A stretch of 63,147 bases of DNA, counting the filler, from Nemertoderma westbladi (Eukaryota; Animalia; Xenacoelomorpha), in the NCBI GenBank assembly GCA_032718475.1. It is 4 parts of 4 records of this genome, joined end to end, with 100 filler letters (N's around TTAATTAATTAA, not from the genome) between each part and the next. Parts side by side here need not be neighbours in the genome. Positions count along the whole stretch, not along the records: positions 21,700 to 45,995 come from JAUCBJ010002071.1; 3 more parts are not named here. The stretch is one strand, 5' to 3'. Below, in pieces: positions 25,969 through 37,366 of this stretch. The notes under the pieces were generated by a model. That model saw only the letters and a list, made by a program, of their open reading frames with translations. It ran no database searches and was not told the origin of the DNA. The translations under genes and the position numbers were made by a program. Position 1 is the first letter of the stretch. Every line of letters begins with the position of its first letter.

Positions 25969-27180
25969 ATGAACTCTAGGGTGGGATACAACAACAGCAT
26001 AATCGTACCACCGAAACCCATCATTATTCCAACAGGATCGCCAATAGTTCACCAGATTATTTGGGACTCCCACAAGTCGATATTGCACGGGGGCACCAAC
26101 CGAACCCTCACGGAGATAAGGAAGACCTTTTGGGTCAAACAGTTGAGGAAGAAGGTAAAAGCGGTGGTGGGGCAGTGCCAGACCTGCCGGCGAGCGAAGA
26201 AGGAGCGAGCCATACAAGAGATGGCGCCACTACCAGCGAGTAGAGTAAGACAGCACGACCCGCCATTTACGCATTGTGGTGTGGACATGTTCGGGCCGAT
26301 AAAGATAAAGGTGATGCGGCACATGGAGAAACGCTACGGTATCATCTTCGTATGCAACAACACGCGGGCGATAGGGATAGAACTCGCCCAAGATGCAACC
26401 GCATCAGCATTCATTAATGCCTTAGAAAGGTTTAGGGACCGCAAAGGTGGGACGATCGCAGTGATATACAGCGACAACGGCACCAACTTTGTAGGCGCAG
26501 AGAATGAGATGGCAGAGGCCTTGGACATCTTGGAAGGAGAAGAAGTCAGGGCAGCCATGAGGCGACGACAAGTAAAGTGGGAGAGAAGGACGCCGTATGC
26601 ACCACATACACTAGGATGCGTCGAGAGTCTGGTGGGCAGTTCTAAGCATCTAATGACGAAGCTAATGAACACCCACATGGTCACTGAGGACGTCTTACGG
26701 ACAGTGCTTGCGAAGTGCGAGGGGATCATTAATAGCAGACCGCTATACCCGGAGAATGATGACCCTGAGTCATTAGACGTGCTGACGCCTAGCCATTTCC
26801 TGATGGAAAGGCCAGCGACCATCGATATGCGGGGTGTAGACCCAGATGACATACACTCCCGCCAAAGTTGGAAAGTCGCTAAAGCAATAAGCGCAGAGTA
26901 TTGGAGGAGGTGGGTAGAGGAATACCTACCCACACTCCATAAAAGGAGTAAGTGGAGGAAGCCAAATAGGGAGTTAAGAGAGGGAGATCTCGTAATCGTT
27001 ACGGATGATACTATCATCAACAACCAGTGGCGGTTGGCGAGAGTTGTAGGCACTTACTCCGACGAGGACGGAAGAGTCCGATCGGTAGAAGTGCGGATAG
27101 GTGGTAAGATAGGTGCAAAGGACAGAAAAACCTACAGGAGAGCTGTGGGAAAATGCTGTCTGCTAGAAGGGGCACCTTAG
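25969..27180 (+). CDS. BEL/Pao integrase with C-terminal DUF5641-like region
   Basis: H..H..C..C zinc finger, PFTHCGVDMFGP, YSDNGTNFVGA, INSRPL, LTPSHFL, WRRWVEEYL..RSKW, GRVRSVEV. Frameshifted from the RH region near 25950. Confidence 0.92.
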   Translation: MNSRVGYNNSIIVPPKPIIIPTGSPIVHQIIWDSHKSILHGGTNRTLTEIRKTFWVKQLRKKVKAVVGQCQTCRRAKKERAIQEMAPLPASRVRQHDPPFTHCGVDMFGPIKIKVMRHMEKRYGIIFVCNNTRAIGIELAQDATASAFINALERFRDRKGGTIAVIYSDNGTNFVGAENEMAEALDILEGEEVRAAMRRRQVKWERRTPYAPHTLGCVESLVGSSKHLMTKLMNTHMVTEDVLRTVLAKCEGIINSRPLYPENDDPESLDVLTPSHFLMERPATIDMRGVDPDDIHSRQSWKVAKAISAEYWRRWVEEYLPTLHKRSKWRKPNRELREGDLVIVTDDTIINNQWRLARVVGTYSDEDGRVRSVEVRIGGKIGAKDRKTYRRAVGKCCLLEGAP

Positions 27181-27299
27181 TGGAGTTTGTCATGAGTTTA
27201 GTCGTCCAAGCTTTGGACTGAGGGGGGTGGGATTGAGGGCGAGACGCCCTTCCCACTCATAAAAATAGATAAAAATAGAAATAAAATAAATAATAGTAC

Positions 27300-27815
27300 A
27301 TAGTAGGTACGCAGTTAGTAGGCAGAAGTTAGTCAGTAAGAAGGTACGTAGTACCTAGAGTTAGTTAGTCAGTAAGAAGGTACGTAGTACCTAGAGTTAG
27401 TCAGTTAGTTAGGAGGTACGTAGTACCTAGTGTTAGTTAGTTAGGAGGTACGTAGTACCGCTAGTTAAGTAGAGAGTTAGAGGGTACGTAGTACTGTCAG
27501 TTAGAGAAGAGTTAGAGGGTACGTAGTACCGTTAGTTAGAGAGTTAGAGGGTACGTAGTACCGTTAGTTAGAGAGTTAGAGGGTACGTAGTACCGTTAGG
27601 TAGAGAGTTAGAGGGCATGTAGTACCGTTAGTTAGAGAGTTAGAGGGTACATAGTACCGTTAGTTAGAGAGTTAGATGGTACGTAGTACCGTTAGTTAGA
27701 GAGCTAGAGGGTACGTAGTACCGTTAGGTAGAGAGTTAGAGGGTACGTAGTATCGTTAGGTAGAGAGTTAGAGGGTACGTAGTACCGTTAGTTAGAGAGA
27801 AAGTAAGAGTTAGAG
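27300..27815 (+). repeat. 32-bp tandem array inside the BEL element
   Basis: GTTAGTTAGAGAGTTAGAGGGTACGTAGTACC at 27531, 27563 and onward; about 14 units, the 5' ones more diverged. Confidence 0.93.
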
Positions 27816-28147
27816 GGGTATATAGGATATAGATATGAGTTAGCAGTTAGTAGCGAGAGGGGGGCATATGAGTACAGTTGGATAGATCGTGTAGGCCGCG
27901 CGACATATACTGCTGTACTGCACAGGCCCACAGAGTAGGCCAGAATGTGGATTAGGAGATAGAATAATCCATAGGCAGTAGCAAGTGGTAAGACAGTAGG
28001 ATTAAAAATAAAATTAGAATAAGAATAGGGCTAAGAAGGGGAACAAATTATGGTAACAGTAGTAAGAATAGGCAATAACTCAGAAATTCAGAAAGAGATA
28101 GGCCATCGAACTGAACTTAAACCACCTAAACCCATCACTCATCACGT

Positions 28148-29611
28148 TTGCGCCTTGGCAAGGCACCACCTACGGGTGAGCGATCGGGCAGAGTTCGAGA
28201 TGGCAGGCAAACTAGACGGGAGAGGATAGAAGCAGAAGAGAGGGAAGAGGAGGCCAGGACACAGAGTTACGGCTTCGAGGAACAGGCAGGCTTAGACGAG
28301 CTTCATTGGACTTCGTCAGGGAGTTCGGGGGAGTCTCTAGGGCGAGAACTGGGATGGACGGTGGGATCACCGAAACAGTCGACGTCGGGGTTGCAAGCGA
28401 TGCCCATACCAGCGGGCGCCGAAGGCGACCAACCGCCAAGGAAGTTAAGGGAGCTAGAGGGATGGAGAGCTACGGGCGAGAGCCAAGGCGGGAAGGGACA
28501 TAGTGGATCCATCGGGATACCGGGGTTGGAGCCACTGCCAGAGGAGGAGGAGGACGACGACGAGTTCGGAGGGGTGCCGCCCATCGAGAGGATTGGCCAC
28601 TCGGACACGGACTGGGTTGGCGGGAGGGTGGTGACGGCCAGTGGGGCGAGGGCCTTCTGGAACAGATCCGGCAAGCGGACCTGGGTGCACGAGGAGCCGG
28701 CGATGGATTTCGCGGGGAGCACTATCAGGTTGGGCGAGCAACCGGGGACGGCACCACGGATAGTATTCGGGGAGACGATGCCCGAGAGGGGCGGAGAGAT
28801 CGACGTAGACAGGGACACCAACGTGCAGAAGTTCGCTTACCAGCGACTCCACAGACCGCGGAGATCGCTTGGGACGAAAGACGACGTGGGGCGGGAGACA
28901 TTGGTACTCGGTTGCGACTACTGTGGGAGACAGACCCACCAGGAGGGGAGCTGCTTGTACCGGTTCCAAAAGGGAACCTTTTGCCTCTACTGCCGCGAGT
29001 CGAGCCACAGGATGGGGGCGTGGCCACGGTTGCATAACCGATGTCCGAAGTGCAGCTTTCAGGGACACTACGGACGCCAGTGCGACTGGGTGGACGACGA
29101 GGGGAAGTTCAGAAGATTCGAGGAGTGGGCCGACGTCGGGGCCATGACGCGCCGGCGCATGGAGGCCCAGGAGTTCAAGTGGGGTTTCTTCCTTATCAAT
29201 CAGGAGGCTCACATGGAAATCATAAAGCGGAGGCTACCGTTTACCTATCAAGAGGTAGCAACGGCGGCGTCATATGCTGGAGTGATGAATACACAAAGAT
29301 ATTTGGACAGGTGGACGCCACAGAACCGAGGGGAGTTTAGGGATTTCTTGGCGGAGCACGTACCGCAAGCAATGAAGATGATCCTATGGGACGCCACCAG
29401 AGGGAGACAAGAGGGCCACTCTGAGGGGCCACCGGCGAAGCGATATCGGGCACTAATAACACCAGCGCCCAAGGAGCCAACAACCGGAATCAGCAGGGAG
29501 GTGGCGGCGAAAGTCCGAAAGCAGAAAGCGAACCCCAGAGGAGCGGTAGTAACCAAGAAACGACCCAGGGAAGAGGACGCCAGGGGGAACTATCCCCAGA
29601 GGAACAGATAG
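28148..29611 (+). CDS. Extra ORF in the BEL element: triple zinc-knuckle protein with acidic N-terminus and basic NLS-like C-terminus
   Basis: 487-codon open frame. CDYCGRQTHQEGSC, CLYCRESSHRMGAW and CPKCSFQGHYGRQC; PPAKRYR and KKRPR motifs. First ATG about 28400; true start uncertain. Confidence 0.75.
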   Translation: MRLGKAPPTGERSGRVRDGRQTRRERIEAEEREEEARTQSYGFEEQAGLDELHWTSSGSSGESLGRELGWTVGSPKQSTSGLQAMPIPAGAEGDQPPRKLRELEGWRATGESQGGKGHSGSIGIPGLEPLPEEEEDDDEFGGVPPIERIGHSDTDWVGGRVVTASGARAFWNRSGKRTWVHEEPAMDFAGSTIRLGEQPGTAPRIVFGETMPERGGEIDVDRDTNVQKFAYQRLHRPRRSLGTKDDVGRETLVLGCDYCGRQTHQEGSCLYRFQKGTFCLYCRESSHRMGAWPRLHNRCPKCSFQGHYGRQCDWVDDEGKFRRFEEWADVGAMTRRRMEAQEFKWGFFLINQEAHMEIIKRRLPFTYQEVATAASYAGVMNTQRYLDRWTPQNRGEFRDFLAEHVPQAMKMILWDATRGRQEGHSEGPPAKRYRALITPAPKEPTTGISREVAAKVRKQKANPRGAVVTKKRPREEDARGNYPQRNR

Positions 29612-30337
29612 GTTCCCAGGGCCGAGGGAGAGAAACTGGGACTTGGACGTGGTACGCCTGGAAGGCGCTGCGTGGGACGTACGAACTATTAAGTACAAAT
29701 TTAATTAATGCAAATAATCATATAAGTGCAATTTGTATGTACGTACGTAGTAATTAGTAATCTACAAATATATACGTTCGGAGTAAGTACTATAGTCATA
29801 CAACCTTTCTCAATTAGCTACTGGGACTGGGGGATAACTGACTATGGCACTATGGACGAGACACCAGACAATTTCACACTTCTTGAGTGCGACGGCACAA
29901 GAGGGGGGGGGGGGGGGGGAGATTCGTCAGAATGGATGAGGCAATCGAAATGGGGTTGAGGAACGGAGCAATAGTGCGAAGTGCGGAGAGAGTGCGGACG
30001 CAATTCTAGTGTGTGGGGGGGGGGGGGGGAGAATAAGAGGCTGAGTGAGGGACGAGGAGGTCCGAGGGTATGAGAGAGTTAGGGTGAGAGTGGAGAAGAG
30101 ATAGGGCAAAAGTGTTGGGGAAACAAAAAATCGAGTGAGAGGTGAGCGCGATCGGCCCGACATGAGACGCCAGGCATACAGGGTAGCGTTATCATACCCA
30201 TAGGGAGCGGCCTGGAAAGCCGGCTCCGAGAGAAAAGAATTCCACCCCACACCCGATACTAGATCGGGATCCAGCGGGATTGTAGCGCACTTAAGGTGGA
30301 TGCTATCTTCTCACCGGGAAGATAGCATGGGGGGGAG

Positions 30338-30884
30338 TGTTAGCTTATTCAATCCCGCTAACACCCCATAAAGTTAAGCCGATAAGCAATATTGGGAGCC
30401 ACGAGATTGGGTAATCAATCAACTCGTGCCACCCCAACAAAATGGGAAGGAAATACACGATGAGGGTCAGGGGCCAAACCCCTAACCCAGAGAGAACAGG
30501 TGGAGTGAACGGAAACACTCCAAAGGGCGCCAACAAGGGTATCAACCAATCAGAGGGGGGAAAGGCATCGGTTAGGTAGAGTAACAAGGCCAACCATGCA
30601 ATATAGCCACTTGGCAGTAATCATATCAGTTCAGTTATCTCAGTGTAATATTGGTGCTAGTTTAGGTTAGTTAGTTTAGCTAGGGAAGGACCGGGACTTT
30701 AATTACCGTATCCCGCCTTCTGTATACGACAACATTATCCGTACACCTATATCTATATACCCTATATCTATATCAGTTATTATATACAACGAACGACGCG
30801 AACTCCTTCTACCTTTCATACACACGGCGGGGACGAGTGAATTAAACAACGGATAAATCGGGATCCTTTCTGGATCCCGTCACA
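30338..30884 (+). repeat. 3' LTR of the BEL/Pao element
   Basis: Starts TGT directly after the PPT; ATTAAA at 30841; ends GTCACA. The end is inferred because no second LTR is available for comparison. Confidence 0.7.
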
Positions 30885-31181
30885 AACCAAAACAATAACC
30901 GATGGTGTTACTAATTGAGGGAAAGGAGCCGGTTACAGATACGGCTTTTTCTAACCAAAACAATAATTGTTTATTGGGCGAAGGTTGCTCGCGGGCGAAG
31001 TTTGCTGCGTTTCACAAATAGTTATATGTGGTTATATTATATATTATATTATATATTATGGTTATGTTTTATGGTTTGGAAAACGAAAAAATCGAATTTG
31101 TCGATGAAATACCCATTATTTTATTGATAATATAATAGAATATAATATTGAACTGATTATTTCCCCCCCCCCCCCTTGCAG

Positions 31182-31295
31182 ACACGATCCACAGTTAATG
31201 GAAGTTATTAAGGTTTATACTGACAATGGAGTTATCTCGCCATCGTTTCTAGAGCAATGGAATCACCAGAGAGATGTTGGTTTACCACCACACAG
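31182..31295 (+). CDS. Internal coding exon of unidentified host gene
   Basis: C-run plus TTGCAG acceptor; open frame HDPQLMEVIKVYTDNGVISPSFLEQWNHQRDVGLPPH; CAG|GTTTGT donor. Phase 2 matches the exon at 35261. Confidence 0.65.
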
Positions 31296-31420
31296 GTTTG
31301 TTGTATTCGAGTTATAATGATTTGTAATAGATTGTGTTATAAATTTTAGCATTTTATCGGACCTTACACACTTATCGGAGTCTAGGAGGAAGTATTGGCA
31401 AACTTATAAAATATCAAATT

Positions 31421-34400
31421 GTACACTAACTCATAATGTACACTGTGTCACAATAAACACTAACTCACAATCTATACTGTCTCACTATGTACACTGTCTC
31501 ACTATGTACACTGTCTTACTATGTACACTGTCTCACTATGTACACTGTCTTACTATGTACACTGTCTCACTATGTACATTGTCTCACTATGTACACTGTC
31601 TCACTATGTACACTGTCTCACTATGTACATTGTCTCACTATATACACTGTCTCACTATGTACACTGTCTCACTATGAACATTGTCTCACTATGTACACTG
31701 TCTCACTATGTACACTGTCTCACTATGTACATTGTCTCACTATGTACACTGTGTCACAATGAACACTAACTCACAATCTATACTGTCTCACTATGTACAC
31801 TGTCTCACTATGTACATTGTCTCACTATGTACATTGTCTCACTATGTACATTGTCTCACTATGTACATTGTCTCACTATGTACACTGTCTCACTATGTAC
31901 ACTGTCTCACGATGTACACTGTCTCACTATGTACATTGTCTCACTATGTACACTGTCTTACTATGTACATTGTCTCACTATGTACACTGTCTCACGATGT
32001 ACACTGTCTCACTATGTACATTGTCTCACTATGTACACTGTCTTACTATGTACACTGTCTCACTATGTACACTGTCTCACGATGTACACTGTCTCACTAT
32101 GTACATTGTCTCACTATGTACACTGTCTCACTATGTACATTGCCTCACTATGTACATTGTCTCACTATGTACACTGTCTCACTATGTACACTGTCTCACT
32201 ATGTACACTGTCTCACTATGTACATTGTCTCACTATGTACATTGTTTCACTATGTACACTGTCTCACTATGTACACTGTCTCACTATGTACTCTGTCTCA
32301 CTATGTACTTTGTCTCACTATGTACATTGTCTCACTATGTACACGGTCTCACTATGTACACTGTCTCAATATGTACACTGTCTCACTATGTACACTGTCT
32401 CACTATGTACACTGTCTCACTATGTACACTGTCTCACTATGTACACGGTCTCACTATGTACACTGTCTCACTATGTACATTGTCTCACTATGTACACTGT
32501 CTCACTATGTACACTGTCTCACTATGTACACTGTCTCACTATGTACATTGTCTCACTTTGTACATTGTCTCACTATGTACACTGTCTCACTATGTACACT
32601 GTCTCACGATGTACACTGTCTCACTATGTACATTGTCTCACTATGTACATTGTCTCACAATGTACACTGTCTTACTATGTACACTGTCTCACTATGTACA
32701 CTGTCTCACGATGTACACTGTCTCACTATGTACACTGTCTCACTATGTACATTGTCTCACTATGTACATTGCCTCACTATGTACACTGTCTCACTATGTA
32801 CACTGTCTCACTATGTACACTGTCTCACTATGTACACTGTCTCACTATGTACATTGTCTCACTATGTACATTGTTTCACTATGTACACTGTCTCACTATG
32901 TACACTGTCTCACTATGTACTCTGTCTCACTATGTAGTATGTGCATTGTCTCACTATGTACACTGTCTCACTATGTACATTGTTTCACTATGTACACTGT
33001 CTCACTATGTACATTGTCTCACTATGTACACTGTCTCACTATGTACACTGTCTCACTATGTACACTGTCTCACTATGTACACTGTCTCACTATGTACACT
33101 GTCTCACTATGTACACTGTCTCACTATGTACATTGTCTCACTTTGTACATTGTCTCACTATGTACACTGTCTCACTATGTACACTGTCTCACTATGTACA
33201 CTGTCTCACTATGTACACGGTCTCACTATGTACACTGTCTCACTATGTACACTGTCTCACTATGTACACGGTCTCACTATGTACATTGTCTCACTATGTA
33301 CACTGTCTCACTATGTACACTGTCTCACTATGTACACTGTCTCACTATGTACACTGTCTCACTATGTACACTGTCTCACTATCTACACTGTCTCACTATG
33401 TACACTGTCTCACTATGTACATTGTCTCACTATGTACATTGTTTCACTATGTACACTGTCTCACTATGTACACTGTCTCACTATCTACATTGTCTCACTA
33501 TGTACACTGTCTCACTATGTACACTGTCTCACTATGTACATTGTCTCACTATGTACATTGTTTCACTATGTACACTGTCTCACTATGTACATTGTTTCAC
33601 TATGTACACTGTCTCACTATGTATACTGTCTCACTATGTACACTGTCTCACTATGTACATTGTCTCACTATGTACACTGTCTCACTATGTATATTGTTTC
33701 ACTATGTACACGGTCTCACTATGTACACTGTCTCACTATGTACACTGTCTCACTATGTACTTTGTCTCACTATGTACATTGTCTCACTATGTACATTGTT
33801 TCACTATGTACACTGTCCCACTATGTACACTGTCTCACTATGTACACTGTCTCACTATGTACATTGTCTCACTATGTACATTGTCTCACTATGTACACTG
33901 TCTCACTATGTACACTGTCTCACTATGTACACTGTCTCACTATGTACATTGTCTCACTTTGTACATTGTCTCACTATGTACACTGTCTCACTATGTACAC
34001 TGTCTCACTATGTACATTGTCTCACTATGTACACTGTCTCACTATGTACACTGTCTCACTATGTACTGTCTCACTATGTACATTGTCTCACTATGTGCAT
34101 TGTCTCACTATGTACATTGTCTCACTATGTACATAGTCTCACTATGTACATTGTCTCACTATGTACATTGTCTCACTATGTACATTGTTTCACTATGTAC
34201 ACTGTCTCACTATGTACATTGTCTCACTATGTACACTGTCTCACTATGTACACTGTCTCACTATGTACTGTCTCACTATGTACACTGTCTCACTATGTAC
34301 ATTGTCTCACTATGTGCATTGTCTCACTATGTACATTGTCTCACTATGTACATTGTCTCACTATGTACATTGTCTCACTATGTACATTGTCTCACTATGT

Positions 34401-35240
34401 ACATTGTCTCACTTTGTACATTGTCTCACTATGTACACTGTCTCACTATGTACACTGTCTCACTATGTACACTGTCTCACTATGTACATTGTCTCACTAT
34501 GTACACTGTCTCACTATGTACACTGTCTCACTATGTACACTGTCTCACTATGTACATTGTCTCACTATGTGCATTGTCTCACTATGTACATTGTCTCACT
34601 ATGTACATAGTCTCACTATGTACACTGTCTTACTATGTACATTGTCTCACTATGTACATTGTCTCACTATGTACATTGTCTCACAATGTACATTGTCTCA
34701 CAATGTACATTGTCTCACAATGTACATTGTCTCACTATGTACATTGTCTCACTATGTACATTGTCTCACTATGTACATTGTCTCACTATGTACATTGTCT
34801 CACTATGTACATTGTCTCACTATGTACATTGTCTCACTATGTACATTGTCTCACTATGTACATTGTTTCACTATGTACACTGCCTCACTATGTACACTGT
34901 CTCACTATGTACACTGTCTCACTATGTACATTGTCTCACTATGTACATTGTCTCACAATGTACATTGTCTCACAATGTACATTGTCTCACAATGTACATT
35001 GTCTCACTATGTACACTGTCTCACTATGTACATTGTTTCACTATGTACACTGCCTCATTATGTACACTGTTTCACTATGTACACTGTCTCACTATGTACA
35101 TTGTCTTACTATTTACACTATCTCACTATGTACACTGTCTCACTATGTACACTGTCTCACTATGTACATTGTCTCAATATGTACATTGTCTCACTATGTA
35201 CATTGTATCACTATGTACATTTTCTCACAATGTACACTCT
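31421..35240 (+). repeat. 17-bp satellite (ATGTACACTGTCTCACT)n, about 220 copies
   Basis: Direct inspection; the main variant is CAC/CAT. Explains the artefactual ORFs in all three plus frames. Confidence 0.98.
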
Positions 35241-35260
35241 CTCTTTGAATCTGTTTTCAG

Positions 35261-35429
35261 TGATCGATCGTATTTAGTACACCGGGAGAGGAGAGTAAGT
35301 TACAATAAACTACGGTCTACCTCGGGCACCAATCCACGACCAGTAACCATGGCATCCGTGCATAGCTTCCCAGACAGTTGCGCAGATAAAATGAACTCCA
35401 TGGATAGGAATTATGTTGAGACTGTATGA
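35261..35429 (+). CDS. Terminal coding exon of the same unidentified gene, ending in ETV* (class I PDZ-ligand-like)
   Basis: TGTTTTCAG acceptor; DRSYLVHRERRVSYNKLRS...MDRNYVETV*; phase-compatible with 31182-31295. Confidence 0.62.
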
Positions 35430-35757
35430 ACTCTGGACACTGAACAGTTCACAGTATTTAAAGATTTAAACTTTACTTTATAGGCCCCAGTAGTAGTGGG
35501 TAGCCAATTGTCGTATCTTTATTTATATTTTTTTTTATAGAAATTCATATTATTCAATAACAATAACCATTAATGCATTATTTTATACGGTTTTGTTATT
35601 ACAGTGTCAAGGCTTTTACGGGAGGCTAACCCCACATCGGCTGCAAAGTGAGTTCGTTTGTAACTCTTGTGAGTGCTATCGAGTGCCTTGGGGTACCTGC
35701 CACATAGCAGGAAGACTCACGAATGTTTATGTATATATATATATTATCCAATATATA

Positions 35758-36462
35758 CCATGTGAAGCGATAAAACCAACAAAACAATTCGGATTAACCC
35801 CGACCCGTTTGAAAACTAAATATGAAATTAAACAGCGCCTTACCTGTGATAACAAAGATATAATATATTTAGCAAAATGTAAAATATGTAACTTACAAGG
35901 AATCGGATCAACAGAAACATTTAAACCAAGGCTATCACAATATAAGTGTAATATAAGGAATCATAAGCCACAAACGACTATAGAGAAACATTTTTGTAAA
36001 AATGAAAACCATGATTTTTCGCATTTCGAAATAACACCCATTGATAAGGTCCATTACAAAGGCAGGGGAAAGAAAGATCAGCGACGGGAGATCCGTACAA
36101 GGGAAGGATACTGGCAGTGCACCTTAAGAACAATCAAGCCATTTGGTCTCAACACTATAAATGAAGCGGTTTGCAATAATTTCGGCTTAGACGTATTTAA
36201 TCCAGATTAGAGAACTCATTATGTAGACTAATGTACTGTAGACGCTTAATTTCATGGAAACTGTAATGAATTAGCTATTTATTTATTTAATTATTTAAAT
36301 CACTTGAAAAAGAAATATTATATTATTTCGAAAGCTTGTGTAATTTCTTATAATTTTTATTTAACGTGGTTTATCTTGGTTTCCTTACAATTATATTTAT
36401 ATATTTAATTTTTGTAACCGGATCCCACACCCCAACGGCTTTGACTTGCTAAATTTATAATC
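35758..36462 (+). mobile_element. 5'-truncated Penelope-like element: GIY-YIG endonuclease plus 3' pLTR region
   Basis: LTCDNKDIIYLAKCKICNLQGIGST..RLSQY..EKHF..REGYWQCTLRTIKPFGLN. Flanked by a 20-bp direct repeat TATATATTATCCAATATATA (35738-35757, 36463-36482). Confidence 0.9.
36297..36346 (+). ncRNA. Candidate minimal type I hammerhead ribozyme (U3-A8 core variant)
   Basis: CAC-TTGAAAA-A-GAAATA(ttatat)TATTTC-GAAA-GCTT-GTG: short helix I CAC/GTG, 6-bp helix II, palindromic AAGCTT helix III. Located about 90 bp after the PLE stop codon. Confidence 0.68.
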
Positions 36463-37366
36463 TATATATTATCCAATATATATATCTGGTCTGAATGTAC
36501 AATCAATTACTGTAAGTATATAGCTTCGGCACTATAAACTGCTTCAAGGGAATAAGGTAATATTTACGTGTAAACCGTTCCGTTATGTTGTGTTGTTGGC
36601 GGGTAAATGTACGTGTGGCTTATTTATATTACAGGTAGGACACTATGTTGGACCTAGTGCGTGGTAAGCGCACAGTGCACTCGTACTGCACACATCATAG
36701 TATCGATAGATTATAGTTACAAGTTGGGGAATAATATTGCAGTACTATGGACGCACACACTCGCACTAAATGAACCGAATCTATTACAGACAGGGCACAG
36801 TCAGCACTAACCGTATGAAAAGCAAGTTGGTGTGATCTCTGGTCTTGTATATTCATCAACAATGTAAAGCAATAATAATAACTATAACGATAAGATTTAA
36901 TACACACAGCAAGTTAGTTGTGATATGTGCAGCAAGTTACAATATGTAGAGTAAGCTATGATGCATACAACAATAAGGTGAAATTTCATAGGTCCTGCTA
37001 GTTACATGACTCACAACAGGCTTAAGATGTTATAAGGTTATGCCTAAAATAGCAGGATAAACATTGATTGTTATAGCACTGTAAGAAATGAAACAGCCAA
37101 TAGGGCGCAAAGACATCGTAAAATATGGCAACCAATAGGAGCTTTAGAGTTATGGCAACCGATGCTGGGTAACGGACAAACAATCTTAACAGTGATATAC
37201 AACACGGATTTGACACAAATATTATGCGCACAGAAGTTTAATAGTTCTCTGATAAAAATATAAGATTTCGACATGCAGTTAGCGTGTGCAGCAAAATACA
37301 GATTACATTACATATCAAACTGAACGATTATGCGGTGTGGTTTAATGTAAATGCAGTTAATGTAAA

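Larger units (their letters stand above)
21700..30884 (+). mobile_element. BEL/Pao LTR retrotransposon with extended 3' region (5' LTR beyond the contig edge)
   Basis: Gag-PR-RT-RH-IN order with Pao-type motifs. Extra ORF, PPT (GGGGGGGAG) at about 30329-30337, LTR TGT...ACA. Confidence 0.92.
35602..37300. repeat. Unclassified dispersed repeat, interrupted by the Penelope insertion
   Basis: Segments 35602-35720, 36800-36895 and 37150-37300 align in order with 56572-56922. Confidence 0.7.

Noticed and set aside
28148-29611. Extra BEL ORF as an envelope gene
   Set aside because: No signal peptide or hydrophobic transmembrane segment is visible; it is hydrophilic with zinc knuckles.
21989-29698. 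Minus-strand ORFs overlapping the BEL genes
   Set aside because: Antisense shadows of coding sequence without recognisable motifs.
31487-35277. ORFs of up to 1151 aa in all three plus frames
   Set aside because: Artefact of a stop-free 17-bp unit cycling through all frames.
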